A DNA stretch of 64,000 bases from Pseudomonadales bacterium (GCA_036526135.1 DATCZA010000011.1:17570-81569), one strand, 5' to 3'; positions 42,914 through 52,413 are shown, counted from the first letter of the stretch. Program-made: numbers and translations. Notes: generated by a model not told the origin, from the sequence alone.

Positions 42914-43471
42914 GTGAGCCACGAGTCACAGCGCCGCGTTTCCCTTGCCGACCTCTCCGACGAGGCACTGGCGGCGAGTGCCCGTCACCAATTGCCCGCC
43001 GACACTTCGGCCTATGACGAACTGGTCAGGCGGCACTACGAATCGGTGCGCAGGCTGGCCACGGCGCAGCTCGGCGCTCCCGACGAGGCCGATGCCCTTG
43101 CCCAGGACGTCATGCTGCGGGTGTTCTCCGGCCTGAAGAACTTCCGAGGCGACGCGAAGTTTTCCACCTGGCTGTTCAGGATCGTGGAGAACCTGGCCCG
43201 CACCCGGGTCCGACAGCAGATACGGGAACAGGACAAGCGGGAAGCGCTGGGCATGGCGCAGCACGAGCGGGAGGAAGACGCTCCCGACCAGAGCGACTTT
43301 CAGCGCCTGCTGGCCGTGCTTTCTCCGCAAGAGCGCGCGCTGCTCGCGCTGCGCTTTGTGGAGGACATGGAGCTGCACGAGATCGCGGCCGTGCTAGGAC
43401 TCAGCTTGAGCGCGACGAAGATGCGCTACTACCGCACCCTGGATAAGCTCAAGGACCACATTCCGGGCTGA
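42914..43471 (+). CDS. ECF-type RNA polymerase sigma-70 family factor
   Basis: Region 2 (..DEADALAQDVMLRVFSGLKNFRGDAKFSTWLFRIVENL..) and region 4 (..LSPQERALLALRFVEDMELHEIAAVLGLSLSATKMRYYR..). GTG start. No recognisable anti-sigma gene follows. Confidence 0.88.
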   Translation: MSHESQRRVSLADLSDEALAASARHQLPADTSAYDELVRRHYESVRRLATAQLGAPDEADALAQDVMLRVFSGLKNFRGDAKFSTWLFRIVENLARTRVRQQIREQDKREALGMAQHEREEDAPDQSDFQRLLAVLSPQERALLALRFVEDMELHEIAAVLGLSLSATKMRYYRTLDKLKDHIPG

Positions 43472-43661
43472 TTTTCATCGCCTGCTGTGACTTTTTCGAC
43501 TGGCCGCGAGTCTGATCTGAAGATTTTTTGCACGGCCGGATCCGATCGATGATTACCCGTGAGGAGTCCCTCCTCATAGCACAGGAACTGCGCAACCGAC
43601 AGGCGGCGGCGAAGTGCGGGCGCTCGGTTGCCGGCCGCAACCGGCAACCGAGGAAAACCGC

Positions 43662-45242
43662 ATGAGCGCCAAGCAGATCGTTTTTGCCCATGACGCAAGA
43701 GCCCGGCTCAACCGGGGCGTCGACACCTTGGCCCGGGCCGTCAACGCCACCTTGGGACCTCGGGGACGTAACGTGCTGCTGAGCAAGACCTGGGGCGCAC
43801 CGACGGTGACCAAGGATGGCGTCACCGTCGCCAAGGACATCGAGCTGAAGGACCGATTCGAGGACATGGGCGCGCGAATCGTCCGCCAGGCGGCAACGCG
43901 GACCGCGGACGAGGCCGGGGACGGCACCACAACGGCCACGGTGATCGCTCACTCTCTCTTTCACTGGGGCCGTCGCGCCATTGCGGCAGGATTCAGCCCC
44001 GTTGAAATCAAGCGCGGCATCGACCTGGGCGTGCGCCTGATGACCGATGCCCTGGACGCGATGGCCGTCGAGTGCGAGGCCGGGGACGACATACGCAAGG
44101 TGGCCACGATTTCTGCCAACGGCGACGAGGCCATCGGCGAGCTCATCGCGCAGGCCATGGAGCAGGTGGGTCGCGAGGGTGTGATTACCGTCAAGGACGG
44201 CACCGGCATCGACGACCAGCTCGAAGTATCTGAGGGCATGCAGTTCGATCAGGGTTACCTCTCACCCTACTTCGTCACCAGCACCGAGACCTATGCTGCC
44301 GAGCTCGATCGGCCGGTGATCCTGCTGCGGGACAAGAAGATCTCCAGCTCCCGCGAACTGCTGCCACTGCTGGAGGCGGTCGCCCGGGCCAACCGCTCGC
44401 TGCTCATCGTCGCCGAGACCGTCGAGGCTGACGCGCTGGCGACCCTGGTCGTCAACAGGCTGCGCGGCCGCCTGAAGGTTGCCGCAGTCAAAGCGCCGGG
44501 CTTCGGTGACCGGCGCAAGGCCATGCTGCAGGACCTGGCGATCCTCACCGGCGGAAAGGTCATCTCCAGCGACGCGGGATTCAGCCTGGAAAAGGTGGCG
44601 CTGGAGGATCTCGGCGAGGCGCAACGGGTATTGCTGACCAAAGGGGACACGACGCTCATCGGGGGTCGCGGCGGGACCGACGCTATCGCCGGGCGCATCT
44701 CGCAGATCCGTCGCGAGATCGAGGAGTCCAAGTCCGAGTACGACCGCGAAAAGCTGCAGGAGCGTCTTGCCAAACTGGCAGGCGGCGTGGCGGTGATCAA
44801 CGTCGGCGGCGCCACGGAAGTCGCCATGAAGGAGAGGAAGATGCGCGTGGACGACGCGCTCGCTGCTACTCGCGCTGCCGTGGAAGAGGGCGTCGTGCCG
44901 GGAGGCGGCGTGGCACTGCTGCGCGCCTCAGCCGAGCTCGCAAAGGCCGCGCCCCGAAACCAGGACCAGGCAAGCGGCGTGGACGCGCTTCGGCGGGCTG
45001 CCGAGGCGCCCCTGCGCCAGATCGTCGCCAACGCCGGTCTGCAGCCAGGCGTGGTGCTGAGAAAGATTCAGTCGGAGCAGGGACACTTCGGGTTCAACGC
45101 GCAGACCGAAACGTTCGGCGACATGCTGGAAATGGGCATACTGGACCCCTGCAAGGTCGTGAAGTCGGCGCTGCACAACGCAGCGTCCGTGGCCGGCATG
45201 ATGATGTCGACGGAGGCGCTGGTCGCAGACGCGCCCCGCTAG
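43662..45242 (+). CDS. groEL: Chaperonin GroEL (Cpn60) paralog, no adjacent groES, no Gly-Met C-terminal tail
   Basis: [40 protein letters not shown].., [20 protein letters not shown]. It ends ..[15 protein letters not shown] without a GGM repeat. The 190 nt upstream contain no groES-sized ORF. Confidence 0.88.
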   Translation: MSAKQIVFAHDARARLNRGVDTLARAVNATLGPRGRNVLLSKTWGAPTVTKDGVTVAKDIELKDRFEDMGARIVRQAATRTADEAGDGTTTATVIAHSLFHWGRRAIAAGFSPVEIKRGIDLGVRLMTDALDAMAVECEAGDDIRKVATISANGDEAIGELIAQAMEQVGREGVITVKDGTGIDDQLEVSEGMQFDQGYLSPYFVTSTETYAAELDRPVILLRDKKISSSRELLPLLEAVARANRSLLIVAETVEADALATLVVNRLRGRLKVAAVKAPGFGDRRKAMLQDLAILTGGKVISSDAGFSLEKVALEDLGEAQRVLLTKGDTTLIGGRGGTDAIAGRISQIRREIEESKSEYDREKLQERLAKLAGGVAVINVGGATEVAMKERKMRVDDALAATRAAVEEGVVPGGGVALLRASAELAKAAPRNQDQASGVDALRRAAEAPLRQIVANAGLQPGVVLRKIQSEQGHFGFNAQTETFGDMLEMGILDPCKVVKSALHNAASVAGMMMSTEALVADAPR

Positions 45243-45276
45243 AGAGGGCCGCGCTCGGAACACGGTCGGAACGCCG

Positions 45277-45816
45277 TCATTCCGGTGGGGCCTGATTGCC
45301 GCCGGTCAGCCGTTTGACGTAGAAGACTTTGGCGTCACCTGGCGCGTAGAAGTCCGCGAGCTCGGCCGCGCGCAGGTAGCCGCAGGATTCGTAGAAGCTG
45401 TGCGTGGGCGCGTAATCGGCACGTCCGGAGGTCTCCGCAAAAAGCTGGGCACAGCCCGACGCCGCCGCCAGGCTCTCGGCCGCGGCCAGCAGCCGATGAC
45501 CGACCCCGCGGCCCCGGGCCGCCGCATCCACGGCGATCCAGTAAAGGTCGAAGCTCGAGAGCGTCATCTCTATGGGCCCGCCCCAGCAGACGTACCCGAT
45601 CACCCTTCCGGCGGATTCGGCCACGAGATGCTCGTAGCCGGAGTCCTTACCCTGCAATGCCGCATCGAAGACTTCCAACGCCACAGCGACTTCGGCATCA
45701 CTGAAAAATCCCGTCGAGACCAGCACCGAGGCCACGGGTCCACGGTCGCGTGCCGCCGGCTCCCGCAGATGAACCCAGGCGTCCCCGGGGGGATGCTCTT
45801 TGCAGGGTGAGGTCAT
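45277..45816 (-). CDS. GNAT family N-acetyltransferase
   Basis: Trimmed to ATG 45816 (MTSPCKEH..), 2 nt after the upstream stop. Acetyl-CoA site ..YWIAVDAAARGRGVGHRLLAAAE... Confidence 0.85.
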   Translation of the reverse strand: MTSPCKEHPPGDAWVHLREPAARDRGPVASVLVSTGFFSDAEVAVALEVFDAALQGKDSGYEHLVAESAGRVIGYVCWGGPIEMTLSSFDLYWIAVDAAARGRGVGHRLLAAAESLAAASGCAQLFAETSGRADYAPTHSFYESCGYLRAAELADFYAPGDAKVFYVKRLTGGNQAPPE

Positions 45817-45818
45817 GC

Positions 45819-46805
45819 TCAGTCCGTAGCGGCCGTCCTGACCAGTCGCCCGACCATCTCCTCCGCCGGGATCCCGGCCGCATCGAGCGCGGCAGCGAAG
45901 CCGGCATCGGGCGAGAGACACGGATTCGGGTTGATCTCCAGAATCCAGGGTCGGCCGTCCTCGTCGACCCGGAAGTCGACGCGGGCGCAGCCGCGCATCG
46001 CGAAGCACTCCCAGACCTGCATCCCGAGGGTTCCAAGCAGGTCGAGCAACCGGGCATCGGCTGCGGGGAAGTCGAAACGCCGCGGGGTCGCATGATACTC
46101 GAAGGCGCGGCTCGACCACTTGGCGTCATGCCCGACGATGCGGGGTTTGCCCGGCGCAAACGCCGAGAAGTCGATCTCCGCCGGAGGCAGCACCTGGGCG
46201 GGGCCGGTTTCCGAAGCCAGAAGCGCCACGTTGAACTCACGCCCGGCAACGTAGCGTTCGGCGAACTGCTGCGCGCCACTGTGCTTTCCGCGTGCGCGGA
46301 TGCGCCTGGTGAGCTGCCCGGCATCAGCAACCTGAACGACCGACTGGTCGTCCAGGCCAAGGGAGGCGTGCTCAAAGCGTGCCTTGACGATGTAGCACCC
46401 TGCCCCAGGGAAATCCACCTGGGTCTTCTCACAGACGTACCAGTCCGGCGTCGGCAGGCCGAGCCTGCGCATTCGTTCCTTGGCGCCGACCTTATCGGCG
46501 CTGAGCTCCAGCGCCCGCGATCCCGCTCCGGTGTAGGGGACACCGCGGGCGTCGAGGAGCAGCGTCACCAGCACGGCCAGGCGGTCGGTTCCGCCCAGGG
46601 CCTCGACCAGATTGAAGACGACGTCAGGCCGCTGCTTTGCCAGGGCACCATCGAATCCGGCGAGATCCAGCGTGCAGGGCAACGCGCAGACCTGGTGACC
46701 GGCGCCCACGAGGGCAGTCTCAACCGCTTCGACCTGCTCGAGCACGTCGGCTTCCGCGCTGCCCGCAGCGTCTCCCGGCTTGTTGTAAGCGATGGCTACG
46801 CGCAA
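45819..46805 (-). CDS. ATP-grasp enzyme, D-alanine--D-alanine ligase-like (second copy)
   Basis: ..RVAIAYNKPGD.., ..YIVKARFEHASLGLD.., ..AERYVAGREFNVALL.., ..GCARVDFRVDEDGRPWILEINPNPCLS... I propose the start at TTG 46805. Upstream codons of the 431-aa track ORF overlap the genuine C-terminus of the preceding gene in another frame. Confidence 0.75.
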   Translation of the reverse strand: MRVAIAYNKPGDAAGSAEADVLEQVEAVETALVGAGHQVCALPCTLDLAGFDGALAKQRPDVVFNLVEALGGTDRLAVLVTLLLDARGVPYTGAGSRALELSADKVGAKERMRRLGLPTPDWYVCEKTQVDFPGAGCYIVKARFEHASLGLDDQSVVQVADAGQLTRRIRARGKHSGAQQFAERYVAGREFNVALLASETGPAQVLPPAEIDFSAFAPGKPRIVGHDAKWSSRAFEYHATPRRFDFPAADARLLDLLGTLGMQVWECFAMRGCARVDFRVDEDGRPWILEINPNPCLSPDAGFAAALDAAGIPAEEMVGRLVRTAATD

Positions 46806-47809
46806 CGGTTCATTTCCGTAGCGTCCATGGCAAGACGTTCCGAAGCCGAGTCGACGATGGCACGAATGAGCTCTGCATAAGGCATTCCCACCGCGGTAGC
46901 CAGCATGGGCAGATCGGAATGAGCGGGATGCAGCCCTGCCAGGGGGTTTGCCTCGATGAAATTGGGTTCCCCCGCCGAGTCCGCGCGAAGGTCGATGCGC
47001 CCTCCGTCCCGGGCCCCGAGGGCCCGCCAGGCGCCCAGCGCCGCGGCCTCGGCCCGGGCAACGACGGGATCGGCACGACCATCGACGAGTCGGTACAGCA
47101 CACGGGACTCGCACTCCTCCTTGTTGAGGTACGAGTAGACGTTCGCCTCGGCAGTTGCCAGGAGCTCGATCTCGAGAGTCCCGAGCACCCTGGCATTCGG
47201 GCCAGTGCCCAGAAGGCCGACGGTGAACTCTCTGCCAGGGAGGTACGTCTCGACCAGCACGGGCTGCCGGTAGCGCTCGAGCAGGGCCAGGCTCTGCCGT
47301 TCAAGCTCGGCGGCGCTCATGACGACCGAAGCGGCGCTTGTGCCCTTGCCGGTGCCCTCCCCGATCGGCTTGACGAACAGGGGCGGCTCGAGCGCGACCG
47401 TGGCAACGTCAGCGGCCCGGGCGATGACGGCATGCTGCGGGGTCGCCACACCGGCGTCGGCCACCACCGTCTTGGCCCAGGCCTTGTTCAGGCTCAGAGC
47501 CATGACGGCTGTATCGGCAAACGTCACGGGTATGCCGTAGACCTCCAGAATGGCTGGCACCTGGCTCTCCCGCCCGGGACCGCTGAGCCCCTCGCAGATG
47601 TTGAACACCAGATCCCAACGCTGTCCCGCGGCAAGGTGCTCGATGAGCTCGCGGGCGCAGCCGATGCGCACCGTCTCGTGCCCGAGCTGGCGCAACGCCG
47701 CCTCGATGGCGTCGACGGTGTCGTCGCGGTCGAACTCCGCCGTTTCCTCCTCCGAGTAGCCGGCGGCGAGGTACGCGGAACGCAGATCGTAGGTGATACC
47801 GATGCGCAT
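46796..47809 (-). CDS. ATP-grasp enzyme, D-alanine--D-alanine ligase-like (first copy)
   Basis: MRIGITYDLRSAY.., ..LFVKPIGEGTGKGTS.., ..VETYLPGREFTVGLLG.., ..GGRIDLRADSAGEPNFIEANPLAGL... Confidence 0.85.
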   Translation of the reverse strand: MRIGITYDLRSAYLAAGYSEEETAEFDRDDTVDAIEAALRQLGHETVRIGCARELIEHLAAGQRWDLVFNICEGLSGPGRESQVPAILEVYGIPVTFADTAVMALSLNKAWAKTVVADAGVATPQHAVIARAADVATVALEPPLFVKPIGEGTGKGTSAASVVMSAAELERQSLALLERYRQPVLVETYLPGREFTVGLLGTGPNARVLGTLEIELLATAEANVYSYLNKEECESRVLYRLVDGRADPVVARAEAAALGAWRALGARDGGRIDLRADSAGEPNFIEANPLAGLHPAHSDLPMLATAVGMPYAELIRAIVDSASERLAMDATEMNRCA

Positions 47810-47811
47810 GT

Positions 47812-49212
47812 TCAGTTGGTCCCGGCGCCAGGTTGCTGGGGATCCGGATAGCTGAAGACCCGTCCCTCGAAATTGCGGAGTTTGAGCTCGTCGACGTCTC
47901 TGCCGAGCACGTAGTTCGGCTGAATCGGAATCTTGCCCCCACCGCCGGGCGCATCGATGACGTAGGTCGGCACGGCGTAACCCGTGGTGTGGCCGCGCAG
48001 CCCTTCGATGATCTCCAGGCCCTTCTCAACGGTCGTGCGGAAGTGGGCCGAACCACTGATCGGGTCGCACTGGTACAGGTAGTAGGGCCGCACCCGCATC
48101 TTCAGGAGGCCGTGCACGAGGCGCGTCATCACGCCCACGTCGTCATTCACGCCCTTGAGCAGAACGGTCTGGGAGCCGAGCGGTATACCGGCATCGGCCA
48201 GCCGCTCGCAGGCCTGGGTGGACTCCGGCGTGCATTCCTCCGGGTGCAGGAAGTGCAGGCTCATCCAGAGCGGGTGGTACTTGCGAAGCACCCTGGTCAG
48301 ATCCCGGGTGATTCGTTGCGGGAGCACGGCCGGCATCTTGGTGCCGATGCGGACGAATTCGATGTGCTCTATGGCCCGCAGGTTGGAAAGGATGTAGTCG
48401 AGGTTGTCCTCGCCGAGGGCAAGCGCGTCGCCGCCGGAGACGAGCACGTCGCGAACCTGGGTCGCGCCTCGCAGGTAATCGAACATGGCTTCCAGGCGCG
48501 ATGTCTGGGGGGAGAGCTCCCCATGGCCTACTACCCGCGAGCGAGTGCAGTAGCGGCAGTAGGTGGAACAGAAATCGATTGGCAGCATCAGCACCCGGTC
48601 GGGGTAACGGTGCACGAGCCCCGGCACCGGACTGTGGGCGTCCTCCCCGAGCGGGTCGTCGGCTTCCCCCGGCAGGCGAAGAAATTCGTTCTGCGAGGGT
48701 ATGACCGTCCGCCGCAGGGCATGCTGCGGATCAACGGGGTCGAGCAGACTCATGTAGTAGGGCGTGATCCCCACGGGCAGCATCATGCCGCCAACGGTGA
48801 GCGCTGCGCGCTCATCGTCGGACAGTTCGAGCACGCGCTCGATCTGGGCGAGATTCTTGAAGCGGTGCCGGGACTGCCAGCGCCAATCGTTCCACTCCGC
48901 ATCGGAAACGTCCGGGAAATGGCGGATCCGGAACTCGCGTGTGCGGGGGTTGCCGCGCCCTGCGGTCCGCAGCCGGACTACCTTCGCCCGACGCTGCACG
49001 GACTCGACGGCCTTCGATGCAACGGATGTCGAGTCGGTGGACTTTGCAGGGATGACTTTGATGACACGCGCGTCGTCGGCTGGCGCGGTACGGGAGGTGA
49101 TTGGCTTGTTGGATCGGGTATTCGAATGGGGTGGATGCAGGCTGAGGGCTAGATTCTGGCCGTGAATACCTCCCGGAGGCTCCTCTTCGACCGGTGGGGG
49201 GGACTTTTTCAT
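47812..49212 (-). CDS. KamA family radical SAM aminomutase (lysine 2,3-aminomutase-like)
   Basis: CSTYCRYCTRS (CxxxCxxC radical-SAM cluster), ..LLKGVNDD.., YLYQCDPISG and VIDAPGGGGKIPI (PLP-Lys motif). It has a ~100-aa N-terminal extension relative to the minimal KamA core. Confidence 0.9.
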   Translation of the reverse strand: MKKSPPPVEEEPPGGIHGQNLALSLHPPHSNTRSNKPITSRTAPADDARVIKVIPAKSTDSTSVASKAVESVQRRAKVVRLRTAGRGNPRTREFRIRHFPDVSDAEWNDWRWQSRHRFKNLAQIERVLELSDDERAALTVGGMMLPVGITPYYMSLLDPVDPQHALRRTVIPSQNEFLRLPGEADDPLGEDAHSPVPGLVHRYPDRVLMLPIDFCSTYCRYCTRSRVVGHGELSPQTSRLEAMFDYLRGATQVRDVLVSGGDALALGEDNLDYILSNLRAIEHIEFVRIGTKMPAVLPQRITRDLTRVLRKYHPLWMSLHFLHPEECTPESTQACERLADAGIPLGSQTVLLKGVNDDVGVMTRLVHGLLKMRVRPYYLYQCDPISGSAHFRTTVEKGLEIIEGLRGHTTGYAVPTYVIDAPGGGGKIPIQPNYVLGRDVDELKLRNFEGRVFSYPDPQQPGAGTN

Positions 49213-49420
49213 GCGCCTTGGATCTCCTGTGGCGGTCCAACGAAAAACGACAGCCCCTCGGAGCTGCCGAACGGCGCGTAAGTTAAGGCAAACGGGGTTG
49301 AATGCAATAGCCGTGCATCACATCAACCGGACTTTTTTTCATGTAGGCAAACGCCGCCGCGAGCCCATTGTATTTGCCGGATTTTTGGCGCTTACTGCGG
49401 ATCCCCGCCGGTCCCACGCA

Positions 49421-50794
49421 ATGTCTGCGGACCGGCTTTTCTATGACGTTCTTCAGACATTTCAAGGGTCGCGCATGCGCAGCCTGAAAGATCTTCTGGT
49501 GGTCATCCCCCATAGCGGGATACGCATTCCGCCGGAGATACCGAGTTCGAGCCTCACCGAAGAGTTTCCGGCACTGCTTGCCAACGTGGACTGGCACACC
49601 GACCGCCTGTACGACTTTACCGACCTGCTCGAGAATCAGCAGATCGTCTTCCCGTACTGCAGCCTCCTGCTCGAGGCCAATCGCGACCCCGAGTTGCTGG
49701 ACGAGTCGATACCCCTGCGCGACGTCAACGGCAAAGCCGTCTACCGGCCCGGCTGTGAGCCGAGCCTGGACCTGCGCCGCCACCTGTCCTACAAGTACCT
49801 GCGCGGCTTTCATCAGAAGATCAGCGCGAGCATCTCCGCGGGCGCCGAGTTTCTCCTGGACGGCCACTCCACCGTGGTCGCCAGGGGCGTGGCAGCAAAT
49901 CAGATCGATCTCATGAACTTTCAGCATACGCAGCGCGACGGCGAGCCGAAGCTGTACGCGCCGGCGATCTACGCCGAGACATACGCCGAGGCCCTGCAGA
50001 AACGGCTGCCCGAGGTCCACGTCACCGTCAACGCCTCGGAGTACTATCAGGTTCACGGTCACGTCTGTGCCGCCCACTCGGTCAACGGTATCGGCAGAGC
50101 CGGGCAGCTGGCGCCCGCGCTGATTCAGGAAACTTCTCAGGGCCTTTACATGCACCCCGACGGGACGCCGGACGTGCTGGCGGTAGATCACCTGCGCCGG
50201 GTCTTTGCCGAGGCCCTGCGCACAACGCTGGACACCGTCCGACGGTTCACAGCGCCGGCGCAGATCATCGATCTGCATGGCCAACGCCAGACGTTCGATT
50301 TCGACTGCGGGGTGAAAGCGCTGCAGATGGTGCTGGCCTACTACGGCGTCGAGGAGCGCGAAGACAAACTGCTCAAAGCGCTCGCCGCCGACCCCGAACT
50401 CGGCACGCCGCTGGCCAGGATGATCGAGTTCGCTGAGTCCAGGGGCTTCGAGGTCAAGGCCGGAACGGGCTGGTCGCTGGATGACGTGAAGCACTATCTC
50501 GACCGCAACTGCCCGGTCATCGTCCTGGTCCAAGCCTGGGCCGACGGCTACCTCTCGCTGGCCGAATGGCGACGCAACTTCGACGACGGGCACTACGTCG
50601 TGGTGGTGGGCTACGACCGTCAGAATCTCTACTTCGAGGACCCCGCCTCGTTTCACCGCACGTGGCTGAAGGAAAACGAATTCCTCGCCCGCTGGCACGA
50701 CCAGGATCCGGTTACCGGGGAAAAGCTCCTCCAGGCCGGCATGGTGCTGCTGGGCAGGGAGCCGGTGGGCAAGGGCCTGCGGCCCATGTACTGA
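49421..50794 (+). CDS. Fusion protein: N-formylglutamate amidohydrolase-like domain + C39-like (papain-fold) cysteine peptidase domain
   Basis: N-terminal half ..LLVVIPHSGIRIPPE..DWHTDRLY..CSLLLEANRDP..FLLDGHST.. is FGase-like. C-terminal half ..QRQTFDFDCGVKALQMVLAYYG...DDGHYVVVVGYD.. has the Cys/His arrangement of C39-like peptidases. Start uncertain (ATG 49421 or 49475). Confidence 0.7.
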   Translation: MSADRLFYDVLQTFQGSRMRSLKDLLVVIPHSGIRIPPEIPSSSLTEEFPALLANVDWHTDRLYDFTDLLENQQIVFPYCSLLLEANRDPELLDESIPLRDVNGKAVYRPGCEPSLDLRRHLSYKYLRGFHQKISASISAGAEFLLDGHSTVVARGVAANQIDLMNFQHTQRDGEPKLYAPAIYAETYAEALQKRLPEVHVTVNASEYYQVHGHVCAAHSVNGIGRAGQLAPALIQETSQGLYMHPDGTPDVLAVDHLRRVFAEALRTTLDTVRRFTAPAQIIDLHGQRQTFDFDCGVKALQMVLAYYGVEEREDKLLKALAADPELGTPLARMIEFAESRGFEVKAGTGWSLDDVKHYLDRNCPVIVLVQAWADGYLSLAEWRRNFDDGHYVVVVGYDRQNLYFEDPASFHRTWLKENEFLARWHDQDPVTGEKLLQAGMVLLGREPVGKGLRPMY

Positions 50795-51095
50795 CCAGAC
50801 CGCTTTGGCTCATCACCGAAGGCAGCCGCGCCAGGCATCTCCACCGCAGGCGCCCGGATCGACAAGCACGAGCACGCCCACGACTACTTTTTCCTGTTGA
50901 ACGTTGCCGGCATTCGGCGACCGGTGGCACGTTCTTCGTCGACGTTCCAGACGCCGGGACCATCAACTTTTTCACCAGGCCGCTGTCTCACTGACGACAA
51001 CGTCGGGCCGGGTCGGTCAGAGACGGTCTGATCGAGACGGTCGTCCCGACACGGTCCGTTTGACATGGACGCGCTTTCCGAATGAACTTCAACAT

Positions 51096-51851
51096 ATGAT
51101 CGATGACTATTCCGACCGGCATCACCGATTCGAAGGCTGCTTCAACTTTCGCGACATCGGCGGCTACCCGACGACCGAGGGTCGCACGGTGCGATGGGGC
51201 CGCTACTATCGGGCGGGTCGCCAGGACCGCATGTCCGAAGCCGATGTTGCCAGGGCTCGCGATCTGGGCATCGCCACGCAGATCGACCTGCGCAAGCCCG
51301 ACGAGGTCCGAGAGCAGGGCCGGGGTCCTTTGGAGGAGATGGGCGTTGCCTACCACCACATCCCCGTCATCCCGGAGGGCGGCAGCGATGCATTGAGCCG
51401 CCTGGTGGGGGACACCGGCATCTCCGGACGTCGCTACCTCGGCTATCTGGAGTTCGGGCCCGAGCCGTGGCTTGCGATGTTCGAGATATTCGCCGACGCC
51501 GGCCGTCACCCCATCGTGCTGCACTGCACTGCAGGCAAGGACCGCACGGGGGTCTCCACCGCCTTTCTCCTATCCGTGCTGGGCGTGGACCGCGCTCTGA
51601 TCGAGGCAGACTACATTCTCACCAACCGCGACGTGGGCCGGCAGGCGGATTTCATCGAGCGCACCGTCGGCTACCCGGAGGGCATGGATCGGGCAGCGAT
51701 GGTGCACGCCGCAGGGGTGCCCGAGACTGCCATCGGCGACTTCCTGGACGGCCTCGAGGCGCGCTGGGGCGGACCGCTGGGGTACCTTCGCAGCATCGGC
51801 GTGAGCGAGGCCACCATGGACGACGTGCGCCGGGAGTTCCTTGAGGACTGA
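51096..51851 (+). CDS. Protein-tyrosine/dual-specificity phosphatase (Y_phosphatase3-like)
   Basis: CX5R P-loop HCTAGKDRTG. N-terminal ..FNFRDIGGY...RWGRYYRAG.. is typical of this family. Trimmed to ATG 51096. Confidence 0.85.
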   Translation: MIDDYSDRHHRFEGCFNFRDIGGYPTTEGRTVRWGRYYRAGRQDRMSEADVARARDLGIATQIDLRKPDEVREQGRGPLEEMGVAYHHIPVIPEGGSDALSRLVGDTGISGRRYLGYLEFGPEPWLAMFEIFADAGRHPIVLHCTAGKDRTGVSTAFLLSVLGVDRALIEADYILTNRDVGRQADFIERTVGYPEGMDRAAMVHAAGVPETAIGDFLDGLEARWGGPLGYLRSIGVSEATMDDVRREFLED

Positions 51852-51878
51852 GGAGGAAGGACCATCAAACTCGACATC

Positions 51879-52385
51879 GTGCAGGTTGCCTATCACGTCA
51901 CCGACATCCACCGGGCGGCCCGGGAGATGGCTGAGAAGGTGGGGGCCGGGCCGTTTTTCATCAACGAGAACATCACGCTGACCTGGGGCGAGCATCGCGG
52001 CGAGCCCACGGATTTCGTGCACTCGTCGGCCTACGGGCAGTGGGGCGAGCTCATGGTTGAGTTCTTCCAGCAGGAAAACGACACGCCGAACACCCCCTAC
52101 CGGGACATGTACGGGCCCGACGAGGAGGGCCTCCACCACACGGCGATCATGGTTCCCGACATGGAGGAGGCCTTCGAGTACTTCGAGCGCAACGGCATGC
52201 CCGTGGTCACCCGCTGCGGATTGGGGCGCAGCGGCGGCGTGGACTTCGCCTTCATCGACGCGCGCAAACTGCTCGGCCACATGATCGAGATCTACCCGCG
52301 TTCCGACGGCGTGGTCGGTTTCTACCGCCACGTTCGGGAAGCCTCCGTGGGCTGGTCCGGCGAGGATCCGCTGCGCAGCGTCTGA
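51879..52385 (+). CDS. VOC (glyoxalase/bleomycin resistance/dioxygenase) family protein
   Basis: ..VQVAYHVTDIHRAAREM.. and ..LHHTAIMVPDMEEAFEYF.. paired beta-alpha-beta-beta-beta modules. The start is uncertain: GTG 51879 lies about 20 nt from the AGGAGGAAGG RBS. Confidence 0.75.
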   Translation: MQVAYHVTDIHRAAREMAEKVGAGPFFINENITLTWGEHRGEPTDFVHSSAYGQWGELMVEFFQQENDTPNTPYRDMYGPDEEGLHHTAIMVPDMEEAFEYFERNGMPVVTRCGLGRSGGVDFAFIDARKLLGHMIEIYPRSDGVVGFYRHVREASVGWSGEDPLRSV

Positions 52386-52413
52386 GCGAACCGCCATGGA
52401 GGCCGTTCCAATC

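Noticed and set aside
43584-43588. GGAAC pentamer about 75 nt upstream of the GroEL paralog, considered as an ECF -35 element. Also the hairpin GAGGAG-tcc-CTCCTC at 43561-43575.
   Set aside because: I could not find a convincing -10 (CGTC/TCTGA-type) at 16-17 nt spacing. A single pentamer is expected by chance.
46806-47114. N-terminal ~100 codons of the 431-aa ORF (45819..47114) for the second ATP-grasp gene. The same applies to the extensions of eda (9736..9897), pgl (12228..12359), GNAT (45817..46119), the phosphatase (50904..51095), the TonB-dependent receptor (57301..57393) and the MDR reductase (59925..60062).
   Set aside because: The extensions overlap the well-conserved ends of neighbouring genes in other frames and are Arg/Pro/Gly-rich. 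Internal starts restore family-typical N-termini and give the 1-4 nt coupling pattern seen throughout the window.
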